NCBI GenBank assembly: GCA_030535975.1
Contig: JAUNQW010000004.1
Coordinates: forward strand, 34,590 to 58,589
Length of the DNA stretch: 24,000 bases
Reading direction: 5' to 3'
Source of the DNA: Atopococcus tabaci
Lineage (GTDB): Bacteria; Bacillota; Bacilli; Lactobacillales; Carnobacteriaceae_A
The position numbers were made by a program, and so were the translations under genes. Below the pieces are notes generated by a model. It worked only from the letters and a program-made list of their open reading frames with translations, was not told the origin of the DNA and searched no databases. Shown here piece after piece: positions 1 to 9,496 of the stretch (positions are counted from its first letter, which is position 1; each line of letters opens with the position of its first letter).

Positions 1-1109
1 CTGGGAGATTCTGCAGGGATTTGAAGACCCGCCTGTCCCATGATTTGAAGAAGTCCTAATGTTTTTAGGACAATCGTTTTACCACCTGTATTCGGCCCGG
101 TCACGATGACAGCCTCGTAGTCTTCACCAATTGTTATATCATTGGGAACTACTGTTTCTGTATCAAGCAGGGGGTGACGGGCTTGATGCAGGTCGACATA
201 ATTATCCAGGCTGACTTGAGGACGTACGGCTCCTATGCTTCGAGCATATTTAGCTTTAGCTGAGATAAAATCTAAATGGGTCAGTAAGACTTGGTTTTTT
301 TCAATAACTTTAGTATTCTGGGCAAGCTTAAATGAGATTTCACTTAATACTCTTTCCTCTTCTTTTTGGGCATCAATAGTAAGCTGGCGTAAACGATTAT
401 TAAGATCCACTACCCGTTGAGGTTCCACATAAATGGTCTGTCCAGAGGAACTTTGGTCATGGACTACCCCGCCAAATTGCTTCCTGTTTTCAGCCTTGAC
501 GGGTAATACAAAGCGGTCATTCCTCATCGTAATCAGAGTATCGGTCAAATACTTGGCATCCTTACCCTTCACTATCCCATTCAAAACTTGTCGAATAGAA
601 GCTTGGGCAGATTGAATCTGACCCCGGACTTGTCTAAGGGCAGGAGAGGCAGAATCCAAAACATAGCCTCCCTCATCAACTGTCCGTTCAATTTCTTTGA
701 GAATCTCAGGCAGTGCATCCAGATGATCAGAGGTAGAATTCAATTGCTTTAATTGAATATCACCCTCTTCTCTTATATTTTCAAAATAACGGATGATGTC
801 ACGAGCAATCTTGAGCAGCCGGCCCACTTGAGCGACTTCTTCTCCGTTTAACGAGGCACCGATTTCAAGACGCTTTAAATGAGCTTGTACATCTTCAAAG
901 ACCGCAATCGGTATGCCGTCTTTTCTCTCTAAAAGTACCACTCCATCCTCAGTTTCATTTTGTGAGGATTTAATTTGATCAATATCGGCCGACGGTTTTA
1001 ATTGTTTAATCTTTCTTTTAGTCGTTTGTGAACTGGCAAAACTTATTAATTGATTAATCACTTTTGGAAATTCTAGTGTTTCCAATGTTTTTGTATCAAA
1101 AACTGACAA
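1..1109 (-). CDS. mutS2: Endonuclease MutS2 / DNA mismatch repair ATPase, partial at window edge, probable TTG start at 1109
   Basis: Reverse translation of the first ~115 nt gives AVIVTGPNTGGKTIVLKTLGLLQIMGQAG, the MutS-family Walker A. N-terminus reads (TTG)SVFDTKTLETLEFPKVINQLISF, typical of MutS2, with a GGAGG SD upstream. Downstream of zapA-cvpA, a common order. Missing from the supplied ORF track. Confidence 0.93.
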   Translation of the reverse strand, partial: MSVFDTKTLETLEFPKVINQLISFASSQTTKRKIKQLKPSADIDQIKSSQNETEDGVVLLERKDGIPIAVFEDVQAHLKRLEIGASLNGEEVAQVGRLLKIARDIIRYFENIREEGDIQLKQLNSTSDHLDALPEILKEIERTVDEGGYVLDSASPALRQVRGQIQSAQASIRQVLNGIVKGKDAKYLTDTLITMRNDRFVLPVKAENRKQFGGVVHDQSSSGQTIYVEPQRVVDLNNRLRQLTIDAQKEEERVLSEISFKLAQNTKVIEKNQVLLTHLDFISAKAKYARSIGAVRPQVSLDNYVDLHQARHPLLDTETVVPNDITIGEDYEAVIVTGPNTGGKTIVLKTLGLLQIMGQAGLQIPAESP

Positions 1110-1143
1110 ATTCAGTCTTCCTCCTTAGTAAATCAAGTTGGGA

Positions 1144-1689
1144 TTAGACAAGAGACGAAATAAATTCATTGAAAAATAAACGGGATAAGACAGGTGTACG
1201 TTCAATGATCAATCTCACCCAGGCATTATCGGCTATTAATTCCTGTATACTCTCAACAGCCATGGTAGACATCGCAAAAAATACCAGGAAAATAATAATA
1301 GACACTGTGATCAGGTTTAGAACTGCTCCCCCAATAATATCTAAATAGATATTTTCCTCAAAGCGCTTTAGAGGCTCTATAATATATAAAAGAAGCTTAG
1401 ATAAAAGCCAAAAAAATAAAAAGATAAGTAAAAATGATAATATAAGATAAAAAGATTGATCCAGCATAAAGGCATATTCTTCTGGATACAAGACAAAAGC
1501 TTGTGCTGTTGTCGGTGATGGATAAGGTACCAGAACTTCTAAAGTATTAGTGATGGCTGGAGCTGAGATGAAAGACAGCCAAAAGCCAAGAATAATGACC
1601 AAAAATGAAATCAATTGATTTAAAAATCCATTTCTAATTCCTTCATAAACAGCGATTATATATATGAATATAAGCAATAAATTAATCAT
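1144..1689 (-). CDS. CvpA-family membrane protein
   Basis: 181 aa with several TM segments; MINLLLIFIYIIAVYEGIRNGFLNQLISFLVIILGFWLSF is CvpA-like. Lies between zapA and mutS2. Confidence 0.85.
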   Translation of the reverse strand: MINLLLIFIYIIAVYEGIRNGFLNQLISFLVIILGFWLSFISAPAITNTLEVLVPYPSPTTAQAFVLYPEEYAFMLDQSFYLILSFLLIFLFFWLLSKLLLYIIEPLKRFEENIYLDIIGGAVLNLITVSIIIFLVFFAMSTMAVESIQELIADNAWVRLIIERTPVLSRLFFNEFISSLV

Positions 1690-1699
1690 GTGCCCTCCT

Positions 1700-1981
1700 T
1701 TAATCTTGCTGATCAGTTTCTTCTGTTACATGATCTTCTTCTCTATCATCTTCTTTTGACAGAATATCTTCCTGCATTTCAATTTGGTTCGATACAGCAT
1801 TTACAGCCGCTAAAATAGCAGCTTCTTCATTCGATATTTTTTCAGATAACTTTTTAATCTGCTCTAATTGTTGGTTAATAGTATCAATAACGACATCCAT
1901 ATGGGCATCACTTTTAGTCCCTACTATCGTATAGTCTTTCCCCTGGATAGTTGCTTTATAGCGCTTTTTCATGTTATTCAC
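1700..1981 (-). CDS. zapA: Cell division protein ZapA; start likely GTG at 1981 or ATG at 1972 rather than the 2041 ORF start
   Basis: MKKRYKATIQGKDYTIVGTKSDAHMDVVIDTINQQLEQI...AAILAAVNAVSNQI is ZapA-like. A GGGGGGAT SD-like sequence precedes GTG AAT AAC ATG. Confidence 0.85.
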   Translation of the reverse strand: MNNMKKRYKATIQGKDYTIVGTKSDAHMDVVIDTINQQLEQIKKLSEKISNEEAAILAAVNAVSNQIEMQEDILSKEDDREEDHVTEETDQQD

Positions 1982-2117
1982 ACACGATCCCCCCATTATT
2001 TCATACCTCACCATATTACCATGAAAGCGGGCCTTCTTCATCCTGCTTTTAGTTCCCGATTAAAATTAACTTTATTTTTGTTAAACTGGTAGAAAGTGAT
2101 AATGGAGGTAGGAAAAT

Positions 2118-3044
2118 ATGCAGACTATCACGTTAACGATGAATCCTCAAGAATTAAAGAAAGCAGAAAAATACTATGAAGGTCATAAAAAAGCAAAAAA
2201 ACCGGATTACAGTATTTTTCAAGCTAAAAAAGATAAAGTGACGATTACGGCCTATCACACAGGAAAAGTAGTCTTTCAAGGTCAATCTGCTGAAGAAGAA
2301 GCAAGTATCTGGGGAACGCTTCCGCCCCCTAAAAAAGAAAATAGTAAACAGACCTCCCTCCCTCACGGCTTCGATCAATGGTCTGTTTTAGGCAGTGATG
2401 AGGTAGGGAACGGCTCTTACTTCGGTCCACTGACTGTTTGTGCAGCCTATGTCTCCAGAAAAAATCTCTCTCTCATAAAAGAATTAGGTGTCAGAGACTC
2501 TAAGAGTCTCAGTGATGTACAGATTCGATCTATTGCCCAAGATATAAAGGCCTGTATTCCTTATAAACTCTTAGTTGTCAAGCCCGCAAAATACAATCAA
2601 ATCCAGCCCCAAATGACTCAAAATAAAATGAAAGCTCTCCTGCACAATCAGGCGCTTGGCTTTGTCTTGAAAGAAGTTTCCCCTGAAGAACCTGAGGCTG
2701 TCTTAATTGATCAATTTGAAGCCCCAAAAAATTATCTCAAGCATATCGAAGGAAGTCCTGACCCTGTCACTCAAAAGCTTTATTTTGCAACCCAGGGGGA
2801 GTCTGTCCACCTGGCTGTGGCTGCAGCTTCTATCATCGCAAGAGATCAATTTCTCGAAGAAATGGATATCCTGTCCGAGCAGGCCGGCATGAAATTGCCA
2901 GGAGGAGCCAATGCTTTAGTCGATGAAACAGCTGCTAAAATCCTCTTGAATCCTCATTTAAAACTTGGAAAATTTGCTAAATTACATTTTGCTAATACCC
3001 AAAAAGCTCAGAAAATCGTCCAAAAAATTCGAAATAGAAGCTGA
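2118..3044 (+). CDS. rnhC: Ribonuclease HIII
   Basis: 308 aa with SDEVGNGSYFGPLTVCAAYV, VRDSKSLSD and AAASIIARD motifs and the N-terminal HIII domain; GGAGG SD. Confidence 0.95.
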   Translation: MQTITLTMNPQELKKAEKYYEGHKKAKKPDYSIFQAKKDKVTITAYHTGKVVFQGQSAEEEASIWGTLPPPKKENSKQTSLPHGFDQWSVLGSDEVGNGSYFGPLTVCAAYVSRKNLSLIKELGVRDSKSLSDVQIRSIAQDIKACIPYKLLVVKPAKYNQIQPQMTQNKMKALLHNQALGFVLKEVSPEEPEAVLIDQFEAPKNYLKHIEGSPDPVTQKLYFATQGESVHLAVAAASIIARDQFLEEMDILSEQAGMKLPGGANALVDETAAKILLNPHLKLGKFAKLHFANTQKAQKIVQKIRNRS

Positions 3045-3066
3045 CATATTCCCTGCTTGCCAGAAG

Positions 3067-3531
3067 TTATTTCCTGGGGTAATGCGATTCTCTATATTGC
3101 TTGATGGATGCTACCAAAGGTAAAACTAAAGGAGCTAAAATGAGAGTAAAGACATTTGTAGCTAGAAATAGAGAGACTATTGTTACCAGAATGGTCAGCC
3201 AGAGCGGGAGTTCCAAATCTTTTCCCAGCACAAAGGGCTCCAGCAGGTAGTGAGTGAGCTCGACAACCAGCCACAAAATTAATAGATAAAAGCCTGTTCT
3301 CGTATCCCCCCAGATCCACTCATAGAGGGTCCAAGGAATTAAGACGAGAGCTGAGCCTATCAAAGGTAACATATCCACGACTGCTATCGCCAAAGCGATG
3401 ACAATTGCCCATTCTATTCCGATCCAATATAAGCCGATAGCCAGCAGAATAAAGCCTGTTAAAAATAATTTACCTTGAGCTTTTATGAAGCTCACCGTAT
3501 TTTTTAAGAATAGTTGTAGAAATTCCTGCAT
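3067..3531 (-). CDS. Short AI-2E/PerM-type family membrane protein (C-terminal-half length)
   Basis: 154 aa hydrophobic; AIAVVDMLPLIGSALVLIPWTLYEWIWGDTRTGFYLLILWLVVELTHYLLEPFVLGK resembles the C-terminal half of AI-2E family permeases. Own AGAGGAGG SD. Confidence 0.7.
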   Translation of the reverse strand: MQEFLQLFLKNTVSFIKAQGKLFLTGFILLAIGLYWIGIEWAIVIALAIAVVDMLPLIGSALVLIPWTLYEWIWGDTRTGFYLLILWLVVELTHYLLEPFVLGKDLELPLWLTILVTIVSLFLATNVFTLILAPLVLPLVASIKQYRESHYPRK

Positions 3532-3594
3532 GAGAGACCTCCTCTTTTTTATTTATTAATGACAACTGTAACATTTTATTCTGGTAAGCAGAAT

Positions 3595-3632
3595 AAAAAC
3601 CCCAAAAAATCAAAAGATTTTTTGGGGTTTTT
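3595..3632 (-). terminator. Intrinsic terminator downstream of pheST (symmetric, could work in both directions)
   Basis: aaaaaccccaaaaaatc-aaaa-gattttttggggttttt, 17-bp perfect inverted repeat with flanking T/A tracts. Confidence 0.9.
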
Positions 3633-3662
3633 ATGTCAAATACTATTTAATTCTTGTGAAGT

Positions 3663-6077
3663 CTAGCGAATCTGTGCATTTAACTCATTTTTTAAAGACT
3701 TAAGCACACGCTCAAAATCTTCTTGTACTTCTTCTTCTAATAAAGTTGCGTTAGGATTTTGATAGAAAAGGGAATAAGCCAATGATTTTTTCTTATCATC
3801 TATCCCCTCTCCTTCATAGTAGTCAAATAAATTCACTGACTGCAGCCAAGGGCCGGCTACTTTTTCAATCACTTCAACTATCTCTGAATGAGAGATTCTT
3901 TTATTCACTAGAACAGCTGCATCTCTGGTAATCCCCGGGTACTTAGGAATGTCTTCGACTACTCGGGAAGCTTTTTCTGCATCATGAATTAACTGCAGAT
4001 CAAATTCAAAGACATAGACATCTTCTAAATCTAAAGAATTTGCTAATTTAGGATGAATTTGTCCTATGAAGCCGAACTCATGACCGTGTAAATGCATCCC
4101 AGCTGTCCGACCCGGATGCATGCCTTTTTTCACTGTTAAGGGGCGGAATTCAACTTCTTCAGCCAGATTATATGACTCAAGTAACCCTTCCAGAATCCCT
4201 TTCAGAGTAAAGAAGTCCATCTCTACTACTTCATTGGTCCAGTCTTCGATATAATTTCCCGTCGCCAGAGCAGATACATGCTCCAACTCATCCAGAAGAG
4301 AATCTCCTGGTGTTCCGTGATAGATACGTCCTGTCTCATATAAGAAGATACTGTCAGTAGAACGGGCTCGGTTATACTTTGCGCTGTCTAACAGACCGGG
4401 AAGAATAGATTTCCGTAAAGTTTCATGTTCTTCGCTTAAAGGCATCGCTAAGTTCGTGTCATCACTCTCTGCGATAGAAAATTGATTTGCTTTTTCTTTA
4501 GTCGTTAAGGAATAAGTAATGGCTTGATTAAAGCCGGAACCTTCCATGTAGCGATTGGTTTGGCGAATCATTTTCTGCAGGACGCTTAATTTCCCGGGAA
4601 TAGAGGCTCCTACAGGTAAAGTATTGGGTAAATTATTGTAGCCATAAATACGAGCGACTTCTTCAGCCACATCAGCTTTAATCTTAATATCCCAGCGGCG
4701 CGGAGGTATGATAACCGTGAAGCTGTCACCCTCTCCATCTTTATAGTCAAACTGCAGACGATCAAAGATATCAAAGATAATAATCTTTGTCAGATCCACC
4801 CCGATCACATTATTTAAATAGGATACTGTTAAATTGATTTCAGTATTTTCTGCTGTGACATGGGCAACTTGGCTCATCCCGGATACAACTTTCCCGTCTC
4901 CTAACTGGGATAAGAGCTGGGCAGCATGATTCAAAGCATCAGTTACAACAGCTAGGTTAATCCCTTTTTCGAAGCGGGAACTAGCTTCACTGCGTAAGTT
5001 CAGTTTACCTGCAGTTCTTCTAATCTGCAGAGGATTAAAAACAGCAGCCTCTAAAGCAACATGTTGGGTTGAATGAGAAATATGTGTATTCTCGCCTCCC
5101 ATGACCCCACCCAGAGCAATGGGCTTTTCACCATCCGTAATGACAATATTTTCTGGATCTAATTGTCTTTCTTTGCCGTCCAAAGTAATCAGTCTTTCGC
5201 CTTCTTCTGCTCGTCGGACAACTATTTGATCAGTTCTAATCAAGTCCTTATCAAAAGCATGCAGCGGCTGTCCGTATTCCATCATAATATAGTTGGTAAT
5301 ATCAACTAAATTATCGATCGGACGCATCCCGACAGCCATCAATTTACGCTGCAGCCACATGGGACTTTCTTGAACCTGTAAGTCTTCTATGATCCGCATG
5401 CTGTAAATAGGAGCATCTTCGGCATTATCTACACCGACAGTCAGTATCTCTTCGATGTGACGCTCTTTATTTTCGGTCAGTTCAATTTTTTCAAATTCAG
5501 GAATTTGACTTAAAATCGCCCCTACCTCATGAGCAACACCACGCATACTCAATGCATCTGACCGGTTAGGCGTGAGATCAAAGTCAAAGATGGTATCATC
5601 TAAGCCCAGCACAGGTTTGGCATCTTCTCCCACCATAATGTCATCTGGTAAAACGTAAATTCCTTCAACATATTGTTTAGGAACTACTTTTTCAGGGAAG
5701 CCGAGTTCCTGCAGAGAACAAATCATTCCATTCGACGGATAACCCTGCATTTCACGCTCGCCGATTTCCATTCCTCCAGGCAGACGCGCTCCAGGCATGG
5801 CTACAATAACCTTTTGCCCCTGAGCAACATTGGGAGCACCACAAACAATTTCCTGCAGCTCATCGCGGCCTACATTCACTTTTGCAGCGTGGAGATGGGT
5901 ATCTGGAATAGGTGTACATTCTATAATTTCTCCAACTAGCAGACGAGAAATATCTTCACCTGGTTGATAGACATGTTCGACTTCAATTCCGGTCAAGGAC
6001 AGCTGGTCACCTAATTCTATAGGATCGACATCACTTAAATCTAAATACTCTTTTAACCAATTGAATGATACTAACAT
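3663..6077 (-). CDS. pheT: Phenylalanyl-tRNA synthetase beta subunit
   Basis: 804 aa with N-terminal tRNA-binding domain, DLTPNRSDALSMRGVAHEVGAI, FEKGINLAVV and a C-terminal anticodon-binding domain; adjacent to pheS. Confidence 0.98.
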   Translation of the reverse strand: MLVSFNWLKEYLDLSDVDPIELGDQLSLTGIEVEHVYQPGEDISRLLVGEIIECTPIPDTHLHAAKVNVGRDELQEIVCGAPNVAQGQKVIVAMPGARLPGGMEIGEREMQGYPSNGMICSLQELGFPEKVVPKQYVEGIYVLPDDIMVGEDAKPVLGLDDTIFDFDLTPNRSDALSMRGVAHEVGAILSQIPEFEKIELTENKERHIEEILTVGVDNAEDAPIYSMRIIEDLQVQESPMWLQRKLMAVGMRPIDNLVDITNYIMMEYGQPLHAFDKDLIRTDQIVVRRAEEGERLITLDGKERQLDPENIVITDGEKPIALGGVMGGENTHISHSTQHVALEAAVFNPLQIRRTAGKLNLRSEASSRFEKGINLAVVTDALNHAAQLLSQLGDGKVVSGMSQVAHVTAENTEINLTVSYLNNVIGVDLTKIIIFDIFDRLQFDYKDGEGDSFTVIIPPRRWDIKIKADVAEEVARIYGYNNLPNTLPVGASIPGKLSVLQKMIRQTNRYMEGSGFNQAITYSLTTKEKANQFSIAESDDTNLAMPLSEEHETLRKSILPGLLDSAKYNRARSTDSIFLYETGRIYHGTPGDSLLDELEHVSALATGNYIEDWTNEVVEMDFFTLKGILEGLLESYNLAEEVEFRPLTVKKGMHPGRTAGMHLHGHEFGFIGQIHPKLANSLDLEDVYVFEFDLQLIHDAEKASRVVEDIPKYPGITRDAAVLVNKRISHSEIVEVIEKVAGPWLQSVNLFDYYEGEGIDDKKKSLAYSLFYQNPNATLLEEEVQEDFERVLKSLKNELNAQIR

Positions 6078-6080
6078 TTT

Positions 6081-7127
6081 TTACCCCCTGGCCTTGAATT
6101 GTGATAAGAAGCGCTGGTCATTTTGATAAAAGTTTCGAATGTCATTGATTCCATATTTCAGCATGGCCACACGTTCTATACCCATTCCAAACGCAAATCC
6201 ACTATATTGTTCTGAATCTATGCCGGACATTTCCAACACATCTGGATGAACGACACCTGCACCTAAAATTTCAATCCATCCGGATTGCTTACAAATCCGA
6301 CAGCCGCCACCGCCACAGTTAAAGCAAGATACATCCACCTCCACGGAAGGTTCAGTGAATGGAAAGTAGGATGGACGAAGACGAATTTCTCGATCTTCAC
6401 CGAATAATTCTTTAGCAAATAAATTTAATGTTCCTTTTAAATCTGCCAGGGAAATATGATGGTCCACCACGAGTCCTTCAATCTGCTGGAATTGATGGGA
6501 ATGTGTCGCATCATCACTATCGCGTCGGTAGACTTTACCGGGACTGATCATTTTGAGCGGTCCTTCATTAAAATCATGAACATCCATCACACGCGCCTGG
6601 ACAGGTGATGTATGTGTACGCATCAATAGATTATGACCAATGTAAAACGTGTCCTGCATATCGCGGGCTGGATGGTCTTCAGGTAAATTCATCCGCTTAA
6701 AGTTGTAATCATCTTGTTCAACCTCAGACCCGTCGACAACCATATAACCCATTCCGAGAAAAAGTTCTTCAATCTCTTCACGAACCTGAGTGAGTATATG
6801 ACTCGACCCTTTAGGTAACTTTCGGCCTTGCAAGGTGACATCCAAGGTTTCTTCTTTCAGCCGAATATTTAAGAGATCAGCTTCAAACTGTGCCTGCTTT
6901 TCTTCCAAGCTCAAAGTGATCGCGTTTCTTACCTCGTTGCTCAGCTTACCTATCAGTGGTTTTTCTTCATTGGACAGCTGCGACATACCTTTCATGGCAG
7001 TGGTGATCTGTCCCTTACGCCCAAAGTAATCTACTCGTATAGCTTCCAATTCATCTAAATCACTTGCCTGCTCGATAACCGCTAAAGCAGCATCTCGAAT
7101 TTGTCCTAATTCTTGTTCCATCCCCAT
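6081..7127 (-). CDS. pheS: Phenylalanyl-tRNA synthetase alpha subunit
   Basis: 348 aa with [38 protein letters not shown] and [18 protein letters not shown] motifs. Confidence 0.98.
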   Translation of the reverse strand: MGMEQELGQIRDAALAVIEQASDLDELEAIRVDYFGRKGQITTAMKGMSQLSNEEKPLIGKLSNEVRNAITLSLEEKQAQFEADLLNIRLKEETLDVTLQGRKLPKGSSHILTQVREEIEELFLGMGYMVVDGSEVEQDDYNFKRMNLPEDHPARDMQDTFYIGHNLLMRTHTSPVQARVMDVHDFNEGPLKMISPGKVYRRDSDDATHSHQFQQIEGLVVDHHISLADLKGTLNLFAKELFGEDREIRLRPSYFPFTEPSVEVDVSCFNCGGGGCRICKQSGWIEILGAGVVHPDVLEMSGIDSEQYSGFAFGMGIERVAMLKYGINDIRNFYQNDQRFLSQFKARG

Positions 7128-7153
7128 ATTCTATTCTCCTTAAATTTTAAATC

Positions 7154-7184
7154 AAAAAAACTCGCCCCTGCAAGGGACGAGTTT
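7154..7184 (-). terminator. T-box-associated intrinsic terminator
   Basis: Minus strand AAACTCGTCCCTTGCAGGGGCGAGTTTTTTT directly after the T-box motif. Confidence 0.9.
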
Positions 7185-7375
7185 CCGCGGTTCCACCCTA
7201 ATTTAATTAAAAATTAATTACACTTAAGCATAACGGTGCCGACCGGTTGATGTAACAACTCCAGAATGAATTCATTTAACTTGTGACGCAAAATCTCCCA
7301 GCATTTGATTTTACTCTCTTAGTCATAGTCTTAAACTACTACTTTCCTTCAACGTTTTTAATTATTCGTTTGATA
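7154..7375 (-). promoter_or_regulatory. T-box leader upstream of pheST, likely tRNA-Phe responsive
   Basis: Minus strand carries AGGGTGGAACCGCGG (7185-7199), an AAGAGAG motif and a GGGAG element, with candidate specifier TTC (7268-7270) in AAATGAATTCATTCTGG. Confidence 0.93.
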
Positions 7376-7380
7376 CATCT

Positions 7381-7409
7381 ATCTTACGAAATCATCAAAT
7401 TTAAATCAA
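7381..7409 (-). promoter_or_regulatory. Candidate sigma-A promoter for the pheST transcript
   Basis: Minus strand TTGATT (7409-7404), 17-nt spacer, TAAGAT (7386-7381), just upstream of the T-box leader. Confidence 0.6.
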
Positions 7410-7438
7410 GGCTTGGTTAAAGATTGAAATTTGTAAAT

Positions 7439-7807
7439 TTATTTAGTTTCTTGACATTCTTCATTACAGACCCATTCATCGGCCCATTCTTGGACTTCAT
7501 TCATCACCTTATGCAGTGCTTCTCCTTTTTCCGTCAAGCAATAACCTGCTCGAACGTTATTAGGTCCGCCTGCCCGTTGAATAATACCTAAAGATTCAAG
7601 TTCTTTTAAACGTTCGGTTAGGACACGATCACTAACACCTTCAATAGAGTTTGATAAATCGATAAAACGCAGAGTGCTTTCACCTTCAAGAAGTACCTCA
7701 ATGATTAGACCATTCCATTTTTTTCCTAAAATACCAAAAGTAAACTCAAACTTTGGACAAATTGCCGGTTGTTCATTACTAGCTATTATTTTAGACATCA
7801 TTTTCAC
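7439..7807 (-). CDS. HxlR-family winged-helix transcriptional regulator
   Basis: 122 aa; CPKFEFTFGILGKKWNGLIIEVLLEG...LRFIDLSNSIEGVSDRVLTERLKELESLGII is the HxlR signature. Confidence 0.9.
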   Translation of the reverse strand: MKMMSKIIASNEQPAICPKFEFTFGILGKKWNGLIIEVLLEGESTLRFIDLSNSIEGVSDRVLTERLKELESLGIIQRAGGPNNVRAGYCLTEKGEALHKVMNEVQEWADEWVCNEECQETK

Positions 7808-8016
7808 CTCAAATCAATCATATAAAGTACTGAAGTATACTCTTTTTACCCTTAAAGTATTGGTCTATTTATATTCATAATAATGCAAATATAGAAAAAA
7901 GACAAAAATATAAATTCTAATCAATAAGTCTAAAAGACTCTCAGTACTCAATCAGACTATTTCTACAAGAATAAATAAAAAAGAAGCTGAGAATACTCAA
8001 CCTCTTGTTAACTTCT

Positions 8017-8553
8017 TTATACGTTAGGCACTATAAAGTTTTTGAGACTATCGACTGTTTGATTATACACACGATTGGCCGGTGTTAAAAATTCAGTTAT
8101 AGCACATTGCTTATCTACATAGGAGAGCAGGAAGCTTTCCTTATACTTCGGCTTTGGACTTTTCAGACACGATAAAAACATGTGGCTTAAAATAATATCG
8201 CCTTCTAAGTCAGAGATAGTTGTTAAATCTCTTGCATTTTCAAAAGCAATCTTCGGGTGAGCTTCACCATGAGAACCCATATCTAAATCTGCTATTTCTT
8301 CTCGATCTTCCAGGAAAAAGTCATGTAAAACCCCTGCACGAGCAATGGATTTATGATCTAAGCGGCGCATCTTAGCAAATTTATAACTGATGTAAGAAAC
8401 ACTAAGGCTGTGGCGTAAACGGGTGGTATGATAGTGATGAGTAATTTCATCCATAGCTTGTAATTTATCATTAGTTATTAAGTCACCAACAATGTCCATA
8501 TACTCTGTATCAGTTTGAATATGTGTAGGAATAAATTCCATTATAACCTCCAT
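8017..8553 (-). CDS. HD-domain family phosphohydrolase-like protein
   Basis: 178 aa with TTRLRHSLSVSYISYKFA, AGVLHDFFLED and ILSHMF, an HD-type metal-binding histidine/aspartate arrangement. Confidence 0.75.
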   Translation of the reverse strand: MEVIMEFIPTHIQTDTEYMDIVGDLITNDKLQAMDEITHHYHTTRLRHSLSVSYISYKFAKMRRLDHKSIARAGVLHDFFLEDREEIADLDMGSHGEAHPKIAFENARDLTTISDLEGDIILSHMFLSCLKSPKPKYKESFLLSYVDKQCAITEFLTPANRVYNQTVDSLKNFIVPNV

Positions 8554-8623
8554 TATTTGCCTGACTTGCTGACTAGATAATTATACCATTTTCTAATAAA
8601 TTATAAAGGGAAAAAACTTTTTT

Positions 8624-9388
8624 TTAACGAGTGTCATATAAATGAAACATTAAAATACCCGCTGCAATGGAGACATTCAAAGATTCAACGTGGTCTGCCA
8701 GTGGAATATACAAATTACTATCCGTTAATTCAAGTAAATTCGAGCTGATGCCCTGACCTTCATTTCCTACCATCAGAGCAAAAGGAGCAGAAGCAGGGGC
8801 AATCGAAGTATAAGCTTCAGCCTCCTGATCTAATGCTGTACCAAAAACCTTCAAGCCCTGGTTTTGGAAATAGAGTATCCACTCTTCTAAACTACCTTCA
8901 TAAACACCAAGATTAAAATGCATCCCCTGACTCCCTCGCAGAGCTTTCATATTATAAGGATCAACGCTCCCTTTTCCACAGACTACCCCTTCAAATCCAG
9001 CGGCAGCTGCTGTACGGATTAATGCTCCCATATTTCCCGGATCTTGAACAGCGTCGAGAAATAAATACGGCCGGTGAATGGTCTGAGGAAGCTCTGCCGG
9101 CTTTTTTTCGATAACCGCAAACATACCTTGGGTCGTTTCTGTTTCTGCAAGTTCCATGGCCACCTTCTCTCCCACCCAAACAATTTTTTCTTTGGGAAAA
9201 TTTGAAACATTATCTTTATATTCTTCTACCAAAATGAAATTTTGAATGTCCCTTTCTGGAAGTTTCTCAACAGCTTCCCTTACTAAGTGTTCGCCTTCTA
9301 CGAGATATAAATTTTCTTGCTGCCGTCCTTTTTTGGTTTTCAGTTTTTTCCATAATTTAACTTGTTTATTTTGAGTTGATTCAATCAT
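8624..9388 (-). CDS. TrmH/SpoU-family RNA 2'-O-methyltransferase
   Basis: 254 aa; FLDAVQDPGNMGALIRTAAAAGFEGVV, MLVGNEGQGIS and IPLADHVESLNVSIAAGILMF are SPOUT class motifs. Confidence 0.93.
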   Translation of the reverse strand: MIESTQNKQVKLWKKLKTKKGRQQENLYLVEGEHLVREAVEKLPERDIQNFILVEEYKDNVSNFPKEKIVWVGEKVAMELAETETTQGMFAVIEKKPAELPQTIHRPYLFLDAVQDPGNMGALIRTAAAAGFEGVVCGKGSVDPYNMKALRGSQGMHFNLGVYEGSLEEWILYFQNQGLKVFGTALDQEAEAYTSIAPASAPFALMVGNEGQGISSNLLELTDSNLYIPLADHVESLNVSIAAGILMFHLYDTR

Positions 9389-9443
9389 AAGATCGTCCTT
9401 CTTTTCTTTTTATATAGAGATGACTACAGATATCACACTTATT

Positions 9444-9471
9444 TTATCACATGTGTATCCTATGTTATAAT
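9444..9471 (+). promoter_or_regulatory. Candidate sigma-A promoter for the pRiA4b ORF-3-like gene
   Basis: TTATCA (9444-9449), 16-nt spacer, TATAAT (9466-9471), upstream of the ATG at 9497. Confidence 0.55.
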
Positions 9472-9496
9472 AGAGGACAAGAAAGCAGGTGAGAAC

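Noticed and set aside
235-615. Two small plus-strand ORFs at the window start
   Set aside because: They lie opposite the mutS2 coding sequence, which reads through continuously on the minus strand.
5673-5939. 88-aa plus-strand ORF inside pheT
   Set aside because: Antisense shadow ORF of a strongly conserved gene.
8991-9210. Overlapping minus- and plus-strand small ORFs inside the RNA methyltransferase gene
   Set aside because: Out-of-frame or antisense to the SPOUT methyltransferase reading frame, which has clear motifs.
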